DNA of 64,000 nucleotides from Mantamonas sphyraenae STR306 (taxonomy: Eukaryota; Protista; CRuMs): contig JAPMXV010000009.1 in the NCBI GenBank assembly GCA_026936335.1, forward strand, positions 62,001 to 126,000, given 5' to 3'. Positions 11,701 through 23,500 of this stretch are shown one piece after another. The translations under genes were made by a program, and so were the position numbers. How positions within the stretch are numbered: the stretch's first letter is position 1; every line of letters begins with the position of its first letter. Below the pieces are notes generated by a model. It was given only the letters and a program-made list of their open reading frames with translations, did no database searches and was not told where the DNA came from.

Positions 11701-14700
11701 ATGGCTTGGCGTATCCGGGGGGGTCCGCAGGTCACCATCCAGCTCATCCTCACGGTGTTCCTGCTGCTCCTTCTGCTCCATCTCCTGCTCACAAGGCTGT
11801 ACAAGTGGTGGATGCGCTACCAGGGTGAGTGTGTGTCCACGATTCACTCCATGACCATCCTGCACGGGGCTCCCAAGACTGACGTTAGAATTCTCGCGCG
11901 CGACAGATCGGCTGCGAGTCATCCTACACAGCGAACAGCTGCATTCACTGTACGAACGTATGCACTCACGTGGGATTACTTCACAGAGCCTGGCTGTGCT
12001 CACGCGCGCAGAGCAGTTGCACCTGCTGCACGAAACTTGGGGTTTGGACGAAGCCAAGGCGCGCCGCGTCGTCGCCCAACTCGTCAACGCCGGCGACGAG
12101 CCACAGGATGCTCGCAAACGCACACACACCACGGATTCTGCACATTCAACCCAATCCGCAGCCAATCGCTCACGCATGGCTCGTCATGCAGACGCCTCGG
12201 TGCTTGGCACGCTTCCGTGGCAGGCGGCCGCTGCGCAACGCAACCAGCCAAGCCGGCCCGACCGACCCTTTGCCCTCGGTCACCCGCCACCTGTCCACCC
12301 TCTGCTGCCTCACATGTACATTCAACCTGCAGGCATTTCCTCTGGCTGGCAATACGCTCTAAATGCCTCGGCCACAGAGTGGTGCCGGCCGCTCAATGCC
12401 TTGCTCAACACCCGCCGCGGCGGTGCCTTGTTCCTCGGCGTGGACCCACACACACACCATGTGCGAGGCCTTCCTCTGCCGGATATCACCCAAAAAGCCC
12501 TGTGCACACACATTCAATCGCTCCTTGACACACACTGTCCTACGGCCGTGCCTCGCCCCTGCGTCGGAGCGCCCCAGACACGAATCCATCTGGCTCTGCA
12601 CCCTGTCAAGCTGCCTCAATTCACCCTCGTGTGTGGTTCGCAGACCTTGGGCTTGGTGTCACACACGGTGGTGCTGCACAACCAACAATGGTCCCACACG
12701 GTGGCCGAGTGCACAGAGATTGCCGAGCGCAACTTTGTCCCCGGCGCGTCGTCGACACCATCGTCATCATCGTCGTCCTCCTCGCGATCAGCTGCCCCTG
12801 TATCTACCCCTGAGTTTGAGCTGCTGAACAAGAACGGAGTGCGTGTGGTGACCAATGCGCAGGCGTTGGAACGCGACATCCTCTTTGCTGTGCCCGTTCT
12901 CTCCGACCTGTCCTCCGAACAGGCCACCCAACTGCGTGCCCACATGCTCCAAGTCATCCAATCGTATGGATTGGACCCATCCTCGCTCCCTCTGGCTCCT
13001 GTGGCGGCCACAATGGCCGTCGACGACCACAACGCATTGCCACTGTATGTTTTGGAGCTCACAGTGCGGGGCAACGAGGCCCATGAAGCGCCTGTACACA
13101 TTCTACACACACACACATACCATCTTCAGGGACATTCAGTTGCACCCATCGACTCGTCCTCCCTGTACAGCGCCATTCAACGCGGATGCACACTTGCCGC
13201 TTCCCTTCCCCATTCCCAACAACAGACCAGCACCACCAGCCGTGTGTACATCCACACCCACACACGCGTACAACCAATGCATCAGATTGTGATGGCCAGG
13301 CCCACAGATGCCAGGATTGACATGGCGTCGGGATCTGGACAAACAGTGGATCCGGAGCGCTTGGCTCACAGTGTGGCACACGCCATGAGCGCCCTGCTCA
13401 ATGATGCCCTTCTGCACAAACGCACCCTTCGCTCGCGTGCCGTCCTCCTTGGCGTGGTTTCGGCCGACGACGGGCGCAGTGCACGAGCACTTGGCTTGGC
13501 CTTGGATTCCACACAGATGGATGCGCTGCAACAGCACAGCGAGACTCTGTTGCAACGCATGGTACCTAGCAATGCGCAAGCTGTGGTCGATGTCACCTGC
13601 TATCCTGTATCCTGTCCTGTGGCACATCTGGTGCACGATGACTGCGACGGGGTGGGCGTGTGCGTTCTGCGCATTGTCGACGACAGCTGCCTCGACGCCA
13701 TCGTCGACGCAGTCGACACTGTGTTGCATGGAACTCCGGCTCTGCGTACAGAGCTTTGGATGGACAGCGTGCAACGCCACGGCTACGCAAGCGCGTGCGT
13801 GCTGAGGCTGGCCAACGAGGAGAACAGCAGCAAATGGGACGCTTCTGCCGGCGTTTCGTCATCTTCATCGTCATCCCCACCGACAACGACTCAAACTCGT
13901 CTGGCCGTGGCTGTGGCTCCGACCGGCGGCGTCGGGGATCAACAGGCACAGCAAATGGTGCGTGAACGTCTGCGAAGGGTTTGTACAGAGTGGACGGACG
14001 CCTGTGTTCTCGAAACAGTGCCTCTGGATGCGGTGCAATTTGCCCCGCGCTGGATCTTCACCGTGCGGCTGGAAGAGGCACGCTGGCCAAACGATCAACG
14101 CGCATTGCTTAGTGTGCACCCGCCGCAGGCGTTTGGGTTGTCAACCGTCACTGCCGCCACGATGGAAGATCCGAGCGAAAGTTTGGTCAGCTTGCATGCC
14201 AGAGACGTGCAAGCACGTATCCGTGACTGCGCTCACGTGCGCACGCAGCATTTGCTCGAAACCGAGCTCAAAGACGAAACACAGGCTCTATCCGAGGCGA
14301 TGCATGATGTGTGTGTGAACACGCATGGACAGGCACACAGGCTACTGGTGCGTGTGGACGCCAGGAGTGATGCCGATGTGTCTCTCGCTGCGCACGCGTT
14401 GGCGCGACGGCTTGCTGGACCTGGGTCCATGGCGACAGTGGTGCCCTGTTTTGGCACGCTGGACACGAGCACAGCCATGCTGCAAGCCATCCACACGCTG
14501 CTGCCGGATGCGACGGCTGAGGCACCCGCCACGGAACACCAGCTCAGCGTGGAGTTTGGGCTGGCCATGCGCATGGCCACAACAAATCACACCCCGCAAG
14601 GCGGAGGAGAAGAGACACAGATGGCGCCTGTGGTGCTGTTCACAAACGTGCCATCGACGTGGACCAGGGAACACTTTGAAGTTATGATGGCCAACACGGA

Positions 14701-17700
14701 TCGCCTCGTCTGCATCTGCACGGGACAGAGCATGGACGCGGACATGCAAGGTGCCATGTACACCTTGGCACAGGTGGATGCCACAGATGACAATGCTACA
14801 ACACACGACTTGTCGTTGCTGCAGTCCGTTGTCCAGCAAGTGGTCCAGGCAAACATGCTGGATCAAGCCACTGCCGACGAGGCTGCCGCTTTCATCAATG
14901 ATGATGTCAAAGACGACGATGATCACGATGGGAACTCATACACCATTGCTTCATGCATGCGTGTGTTGCGCAAGGCAAACATGGCCCTGGCCGACACGCT
15001 TGCTTTGGCCCTGATGTACGGGGCACCTGTGAGTGCACGCACCCTTGCCGACAGTGAGGCAAAAGAAGAACGGATGACGCAACAACTGCATCAACTGCAG
15101 GCCATGGGTCTGATGCAACCGCAGAGTCGTTTGGATGACACCTGGTCCGCACACAGTTCACTTCTGCTGAGTGCCAAGGCAATCCCGTTGCCAGATTGGC
15201 CCGCACGCACGTTTGTGCAACGCCACGTGACTCTGGCATCTTCACTTCGGCGCACGTACATGAGCAGCAAGTGGCAGACGGCGGTGTGGGCAGTGCGGGA
15301 GCACAGGCATGCGTTGTGGCGCTCGGTGGGCATTGCAAGCCGCATGGCACTCTGGGACGAGCATGCACAGCTTCTGGACGCGCTGCATCCGTTGTGGCCG
15401 TACGCTCTGACGCCACAGGAATGTGCGCAGCGCTGTGTGGCCGAAGCACAGCACTTGGATGCTCAGGATCACAACCAACGGGTATCTCTGGCCTGGTTGC
15501 ACCTGCAGGCGGCCACTGCACAGGTGAATGCCTCCCAGTTGGAAGACGCCCAGCAGTCCGTGCGTGTGGCACAGCGGCACGCAGAAGACGCCAGCGCCCA
15601 TCGTTTGGGTGCCTTGATCGCTGGCGTCGGCGCCCTGGTGTGGCGTCGCCGAGGCGACTCACAGCAGAGCGGCACCATGTTGAATGAGGCACTGGGCACA
15701 CTGGACAGCAACTCGCAACCTGTTTCACAGCTGGTGCTTGTGCTCGGCATGCATTTGGCGCACGGCACACTGGAGGACTATTGGGCGCCTGATGAGGCGG
15801 TGGTGCGGTGTGAGGAACTGCTTGCGCTGTGTGAGAACATTGCTTTGGGCCCATATCATCCTCTGGTGGCCCAGTGTCACGCTCAGCTCGCTCGTCTGCA
15901 CGCTGAAAGTGACTCTGCACAGTCGCGTTGGGCCGCCCTCGCTTCCTGGGAACACGTGCTCCACGTCCATTGGCGTTCGCGTGGCCACCGCCATCGAGAC
16001 TACCTGCACGCCCTGTTGCACGCGGCACGAGCACGTGTGGCCGTACGGGATACCCTGGGAGCCCTTTGGCTTGCTGAACAAGCGCGTGGGGGACTGTTGT
16101 TCTGTTACGGCCCACGCCATCACGTTACCATCGAGTCACATGTGTTTTGTGCAGAGCTTTGTGTGCGTTTGATGCCCCTGGCCAACCAGACGGCGCAGGA
16201 AAGCGAACGTGTGCGCCTTCACGCTATCCAACTCCTCCACACTGCCAGCAAGGCCACACGGAACCAACGTGGACTGATGGCCCATCCACAGTATCGCATG
16301 GCTCTATGCCATCGTCTGTGCCATCTCTTTGCCGAAGTGAGAGAATGGGAGGCTGCAGCGTGGCACGCCTGGGAAGCGCGACTCAGCGCAGGAAGTACGC
16401 CAGCATACGAACGTACACGAGACAAGCTGAAGAAGGAAGGCAACCCTGATATGCACCTCTACGCCGTGTGTTTGCACCAATGTGGCTCGCGACAGCTTGG
16501 ACGCACCCTGCTTCGTGACGAAGCGCGCAGCTTGCGCTCGCAGGATCCCACAGGTAGTGTACGCATGCACGTTGTCGCCCTGGCTCTGTGTGATCGACCC
16601 GAGGAGCAAGCGGTGGAGGAAGTGGTGACGCAGATGGAACAATGGGGCGCAGATGCAGACGACACACAGACACAAGCCATGGTGGAGCTGCTGGAAGTCC
16701 TGCGATTGTCTTCACCACCGGCAGAACAGCAACCGCAGCAGCAGACGACGACGGGTCACGTTGCAGCGGCTGCTGCACGAGTGCTGCGTTGCATGCGTCC
16801 GCTCCTGCGAGACGACAACGTGGAGTTGCAATCCATCTTTTGGATGCAGACGGCGTTGCAGCAGGCGCACGCAGGGCTGTGGGCCAAGGCGCACAGTGCA
16901 TTGCATCATTGCGTGCAATTGGACACACAATTGTACGGAGACGACGCTCATTTTGTGTTGCAGCGTCGCCTGGAGGGCATCCATGTGTTGCTGCGGCGAG
17001 GCGAGGATGTACAGGCCGAGGCACAACTGCGTGAGCTTGTGGAACGGGTGCGTGTGTCAGGCGACGACGACGGCAGTGTCCTCGTGTGGGTGCATGCTCA
17101 ACGCATGCTTGGACTGCTGTACCGGCGCATGGGCCAGTTGGAAGGAAGCGAAGAACGATTGCGACATGCCAAGCACGTCAGCGCAATGCGGTTCGGTGAG
17201 CTGCATCCACTCACAGTGGCCATGGCCGACGAGCTCTCGAAGCTGTTCATGCAGTGTGGCCGATATGCAGAGGCCCTGGAGCAGCTGGAAGGAGTAAGTG
17301 TCATGAGCGAACGGCAGATGATGGCGGTGCAACACGGCCACCGTGCATGGAGCGCCCTTGTGGCCACCGATGGCACCGAGGACACGTTGCACTTGGCCAA
17401 TCTTCTACTGGCGGCAGCGGAGCTTCACAGCGACCAGGGCGATGTGGACGCCGCACAAATCGATCTCGATCGCGTCCAACAGCTGCAATGGCAACACACA
17501 GAGAATACTGAGATGCAACGTCGTATCGATGCTGTGCGTATCAAGCTGGACTTTCTGCGCAACGAACGCAGGGCTCACCTGGAGTCGGAGAAAGAGGCAC
17601 ACCTGCGCGAGCTGGCGGCTGCTGAAGAGGCACATGCAAAGGAGGAGAAGGAAGATGAGGAAGAAGAAGAGGCTGAAGAGACGACGGCATCTCGCGTGTC

Positions 17701-18925
17701 TGCAAGTGTGCATCATGCCATGCTGGAAGAGAGCATGGAGCTGGAGTTGGACGATCCCGTGTTGCGAAACAGCGACGAGGACGACCACGACATGGATGAC
17801 CGCGGTGGGTACAGCAGCACCGACAGCAGTGACATTGACGATGGTCCCCTGTCTGTGCTCCACGTGGCTACGGAAGCGGGTCACGTAAGCGACGAGGAGG
17901 GGGAAGACGCTGCACAGCGTCAACTCCATGATGAAGACGACGTTGACAGCGATGATCACGAGTTTGCCGCACTCAACACAAGTTGGGAACAGCTCATGAG
18001 AGACCAGCAGCAGGAACGAGATGAGGATCATGCCTTGAACGTCTCTGCCGCATCCGCCGTGTCGCTTGCGTCCACCATTTCGCAGGTGTCTGTGAAAACG
18101 CAGACCGAGGATGTGGATGCGCCACGTCATGTGCAGCACAGTTCGGACGAGGCATTGCCTGTCATGCCAGAGATGGATTTGGGGACGGGCCGTCAGCAGC
18201 AACCATGGGCCGACACGGCGCCATCTGCGCTGAGTCCCATCCGACACGTCTCGTCTGCGTTGGAAACCAGCACGGGCAGCACAGGCAGCGCAGGGAGTTC
18301 ACACAGCACACGCAGTACAACGAGCGTGCACTCTGCAACCAGTCCAAGTACGTCGTACAACCGACTGCAGCTGCAACTGGGTGGCCAGGACACAGGGCGA
18401 CGTAGCAAGCGCAATGTTTTCATCGAACGACTGGACAACGACAACGACAACGACGAAGATGACAACATGCTGGGGCCGTGGAGTACGCGGTCCTCGCCCA
18501 GCAGTACCTCGTCGTCATCTACAAACACCTCACGGCACAGTTTGCTGAGCCACGGCAGCAATGCGCCTTCTGGCTATGCCCGTGGACCGCAGATGAGCGA
18601 CGACGTACGCAAACGCGAACTCGCGCGCGCACAGCGTCACAAGCCCGGGAAACTCCTCGACGAAGCCGGTATCGGCGTCACAAAGTCCTGGGGCAACATG
18701 ACACGGCTGTACGACAATGCAGGTGGCGGATCGGGACGCAGGCATCGCAAGAGAGAGGGTTCGCGAGGAGGTCTTCATCGCAACTCGTCTCCCACCACCA
18801 CCAGCACTTCTTCTCTGCATTCACCCCACAGGCAGCGCACACACCGCAGCTCAGGCAACAATCTCACAAAGGTCATCATTGAAGTGGATGGAGAAGCGAT
18901 GGAGTTTCGACGAGAGCGCAAGTAG
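11701..18925 (+). CDS. About 2380-aa NLR/STAND-like protein: TM, SAM-like, two Schlafen/AlbA_2-like domains, degenerate NB-ARC-like module, TPR repeats, acidic disordered tail
   Basis: Exon 1 (11701-11824) and intron 11825-11906 splice in frame to the 2321-aa ORF. Motifs: LNALLNTRRGGALFLGVD, SALLND...VLLGV, and kinesin-light-chain-type TPR turns LGPYHPLVA and FGELHPLTV. Confidence 0.7.
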
Positions 18926-19078
18926 AGAGCAAACGTTGGTTTGCCGTGCGCGAGAAGGCTGGAAGAACGAAGGGAGCAATGAAAGAGTATATGAGACCAC
19001 AGGAATATGTGTGCCAAGAGGTTGTGACACAAGTTTCTGTGCTTGCCTTCATCGTCACCAACAAAAAGGCCAAAAAAA

Positions 19079-20554
19079 ATGCAATATGCCAACTTGGACG
19101 AAGAAGACTCGGGTCGCGGTGACTCGAGTCGGTTTTGGTCTGGATCATCGGTGTCATCCATGAAAGAGACACTGTCACGACGTGGTGTCATCCAGAAAAT
19201 CATTGCCGCGGTGTTGGTGGCCGTCCTGGTCGTTGGCCTGACACTGGTGATTGTGTTCAGCGGTGGAACGCATGCCATGGGGGCCAATGGATCGTCTGGA
19301 GACGCATGGACCAAGGCAACAGCTGTGTTGGAGCAGGGGGTCACGGACAAAGTCTTTCCCGGGGCTGCGGCGCTCATTGCTTGGAATCAACGCGCCACGA
19401 CCAACGTTGTGTATTCCCAGTCTGTGGGGCGATATACGTATGACGCTTCGTCGCCCGAGACAAGCACAGAGACAAGCTTGTTTGACCTGGCGTCGCTGAC
19501 AAAGGTTCTCGCCACGACGACGGCAACCGCGCAGCTTTATCAGGCGGGCCACCTTGGCTTGGACGACCATGTGGACGCAGCTCATCTTCTGGGTCCCGCG
19601 TTTTCCGGCCAGGGCAAGAATGCCATCCGTGTGCGTCATCTGCTGCTGCACAACGCAGGCTTTCCTCCAGATCCCGTCCCGGGCTACTGGCAGCCTGCCT
19701 TTGGCTGTCCGGAGACTAGCAAACCGCATCCGGCCCAGAACTTCTCCTGCCAAGGACAGATCTTCGATGGATTGATGGCACAGACCCTGGACCATGCGGT
19801 TGGGGAGAAATACGTGTACAGCGATTTGTCCATGATTTCCATGGCACTCGTGGTTGGCACAGTCGTCAAGAACAAGCAGCTGGTGTCTGTGAGTGATCTG
19901 CGACCAGGATGTCCCTACAATGCAGCCAAGGGTGGCCAATGGTGCTGGTACGAGGCGTTTGTGCGCAAGAACGTGCTGGAAGCGAGCGGAGTGGGCCAGC
20001 ACACGGGGTTCATGCCCAGCAAGTCTGTGCGTGACCAGTGTGTACCCACATGGAACGACACGGAATACCGCCATGCTCAGGTGCAAGGACAGGTCAGCGA
20101 CGAGAACGCTTTCGCCAGCGGCGGGATCCAAGGTCACGCTGGCCTGTTTGCCACTGCCAAGGATGTGTTGGCGATCATCACACACAACTGGTGGACTCAA
20201 CACAGCAAACATCACAATCCCAACGCGTACGCGCTCAACAGCACCACCATCTCACTGTTCACTCGTGTGGCAAACTCTTCACAGAGTTCACGGGCTCTCG
20301 GGTGGGACACCAACGATTACGCTCACCACTCTGTCGGCGGGCGCTTCTGTGGCAATTTTAGTGCGGCCACTTTCACACACAGTGGGTACACCGGCACGCT
20401 GATTTGTGCTGATCCGGTTTCCAACCTGGTCAGCATTTTGCTCACGAACCGTTGTTTCCCTGCCAAGACAGCCAACATCCACAACGTGGGCGTGGTGCGC
20501 CACAACTTTAACAACCAAGTGGAAACGATTGTGACAACGTTGTTCAATCAGTGA
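19079..20554 (+). CDS. Beta-lactamase-related serine hydrolase (class C/AmiE-EstB-like) with a type II membrane anchor
   Basis: FDLASLTK (SxxK), YVYSD, GQVSDENA...GHAGLF and FTHSGYTG motifs; one N-terminal TM helix. Confidence 0.9.
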   Translation: MQYANLDEEDSGRGDSSRFWSGSSVSSMKETLSRRGVIQKIIAAVLVAVLVVGLTLVIVFSGGTHAMGANGSSGDAWTKATAVLEQGVTDKVFPGAAALIAWNQRATTNVVYSQSVGRYTYDASSPETSTETSLFDLASLTKVLATTTATAQLYQAGHLGLDDHVDAAHLLGPAFSGQGKNAIRVRHLLLHNAGFPPDPVPGYWQPAFGCPETSKPHPAQNFSCQGQIFDGLMAQTLDHAVGEKYVYSDLSMISMALVVGTVVKNKQLVSVSDLRPGCPYNAAKGGQWCWYEAFVRKNVLEASGVGQHTGFMPSKSVRDQCVPTWNDTEYRHAQVQGQVSDENAFASGGIQGHAGLFATAKDVLAIITHNWWTQHSKHHNPNAYALNSTTISLFTRVANSSQSSRALGWDTNDYAHHSVGGRFCGNFSAATFTHSGYTGTLICADPVSNLVSILLTNRCFPAKTANIHNVGVVRHNFNNQVETIVTTLFNQ

Positions 20555-20561
20555 GCGCACG

Positions 20562-23500
20562 TCACTCAAACGAAAGCCGCGTGCCAACACGAGCACCACG
20601 GTTGCGTGGCGTCGCAGCACCTGGTTGTGCCTGATGACGTTTGGAGGGCGAAAAGTGGTGTTGCTGTGGGTCCATGTCGGACACACTGACCTGCTCCACG
20701 CCCATGTCGGCCACAAACTTGGCGTCCACAAGGGCGGTTCGACGATCTGCGCTCAGCTCGGACAGCGATTTGCGCGAACGAGCCGAAGCTGCGCTGTGTG
20801 AAGAAACGATGCTCAACAATGACTCGTTGTCATCATCGTCTGCGTCATCATCGTCTTGGAACACGGCGCGCAGTTGCAACGTCGGTGTGGGGGCTGCACG
20901 CTGAGCCCGGAAACTGCTGTTGCTTGTCAGATTGGCGTCCAGGCTCAACGGTCGAAGCGTTTGCAGCGACGACATCACACTCGATGACGCTGCACTTGGG
21001 GACTCGGGAAGAACCTGACCAAGGGCTGCCTGTTGCTTGCGGGCTGTGATCCGTGTTGGTTGCGCAGCAGACGGCATTGCTTCTCGTGCTGTCGTTTCGA
21101 TGGGTTTGGGTCGCTTCTTGCGTTGCTTTTGCTTTTGCTGCTGCTGCTGCTTCTTGTTGTGTGAGGCAGAGACCGGTGTTTCCTCGGGTTCCCTGCCTTG
21201 GCGGCGGGTAACCTCTGCAGGCAACTTTTCGGCAGCGTTGTAGTCTGGAAACGAAGTCTGGTCGTCGTGGGGCTTGCTGTCCAGCCACATGATGAGCAGA
21301 CCGAAAAGGAGAAGTTGAGCAAGCACCAAAGAAGCCTCAAGCAGGCTTTGCCTGCACGAATACACGGCCACAAACAGGTAGGAGCCGATGGTCATGTTGG
21401 CAACAGCTGAAAGGGCCAACAGCTTGTTGTCAGTACCCACGGTCACGAAAAGGAGCACCGAGACGAGCTGGGCACCCACAAGAGCCGTTCCCATGGCGCG
21501 CATGGTGGGCGTGCAATCAGTTGCTTGTATCCACCCACTGAGTGCGCGATGTGCACCGTTGAAGAGGTCCGGCAAACGCTGGACAAAGTCGAACAATGCC
21601 CCAAACACCCAGCGGCCAGTGTTGGAGAGTTGGCTCATATCACGTGTGTTGGGTTGAGTGCTTGTGGCAGCGTTCTTGTTGCCCAGTTCCTGCTCCTTGC
21701 GCTCCGCATCACGACGTTCCTCCTCCTTGCGTTCATGCTCCTTGCGCTCCGCATCACGACGTTCCTCCTCCTTGCGTTCATGCTCCTTGCGCTCCGCATC
21801 ACGACGTTCCTCCTCCTTGCGTTCATGCTCCTTGCGCTCCGCATCACGACGTTCCTCCTCCTTGCGTTCATGCTCCTTGCGCTCCGCATCACGACGTTCC
21901 TCCTCCTTGCGCTCCGCATCACGACGTTCCTCCTCCTTGCGTTCAGCATCACGACGCTCTTGCTCCTTGCGTTCAGCATCACGGCGTTCCTGCTCCTTGC
22001 GTTCATGCTCCCTGCGTTCCGCATCACGACGTTCCTGCTCCTTGCGTTCAGCATCACGACGTTCTTGCTCCCTGCGTTCCGCATCACGACGCTCTTGCTC
22101 CTTGCGCTCCGCATCACGACGTTCCTCCTCCTTGCGTTCATGCTCCTTGCGCTCCGCATCACGACGTTCCTCCTCCTTGCGCTCCGCATCACGACGTTCC
22201 TCCTCCTTGCGCTCCGCATCACGACGTTCCTCCTCCTTGCGCTCCGCATCACGGCGCTCCTGCTCCTTGCGTTCAGCATCACGACGTTCCTCCTCCTTGC
22301 GTTCAGCATCACGACGCTCTTGCTCCTTGCGATCCGCATCACGACGTTCCTCCTCCTTGCGCTCCGCATCACGGCGCTCCTGCTCCCTGCGTTCAGCATC
22401 ACGACGTTCCTCCTCCTTGCGTTCAGCATCACGACGCTCTTGCTCCTTGCGATCCGCATCACGACGTTCCTGCTCCTTGCGCTCCGCATCACGACGTTCC
22501 TCCTCCTTGCGTTCATGCTCCTTGCGCTCCGCATCACGACGTTCCTCCTCCTTGCGCTCCCGCATCACGACGTTCCTCCTCCTTGCGCTCCGCATCACGA
22601 CGTTCCTCCTCCTTGCGCTCCGCATCACGGCGCTCCTGCTCCTTGCGTTCAGCATCACGACGTTCCTCCTCCTTGCGTTCAGCATCACGACGCTCTTGCT
22701 CCTTGCGATCCGCATCACGACGTTCCTCCTCCTTGCGCTCCGCATCACGGCGCTCCTGCTCCCTGCGTTCCGCATCACGACGTTCCTGCTCCTTGCGCTC
22801 CGCATCACGGCGCTCTTGCTCCTTGCGCTCCTGCTCCTTGCGTTCCGCATCACGGCGTTCCTGCTCCTTGCGCTCCGCATCACGACGCTCTTGCTCCTTG
22901 CGTTCCGCATCACGACGTTCCTGCTCCTTGCGTTCTGCATCACGACGTTCCTGCTCCTTGCGCTCCGCATCACGGCGCTCTTGCTCCTTGCGTTCCTGCT
23001 CCTTGCGTTCCGCATCACGGCGCTCCTTCTCCCTGCGTTCCGCATCACGACGCTCTTGCTCCTTGCGCTCGCGTTCCTTCCTCTCCTGCTCTGCCCTCTC
23101 TTTCTCCATCCTCAATTTCTCTCGCTCCTCGTTCTCCCTTTCCCGTTCAACCCGCTCGCGTTCCTGCCTCTCCCTCTCCTCCCGCATCCGCACCTTTTCC
23201 ATGTCCTCTTTCACCCAAATTTCCACCTCCACTGCTTGCCCCCCCAGCTGCTCTCCACATACGGATGCATCCACCTCCACTCGCACTTGAACGCGCTCGT
23301 TCCCGTTCGGACACTTCACTACCAGAGCCCTCATCGACTCCTGCAGCCCGTGCAAAGTCTTGCAACGCACGATTCGCTTCTTTTCGCTGTGTTCACACTC
23401 CTTTCGCACTGCCTTCGGCCTCACCCACCGTACCAGTCCCCTTCCTTCCAACACAGATGCAGACGCTTCCCACCACTGCGCTCCCACCTTGCGTCCCTCC

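Noticed and set aside
21691-23070. CRISPR-like appearance of the 30-bp repeats
   Set aside because: There are no unique spacers and no cas genes, and the repeats are in-frame coding sequence.
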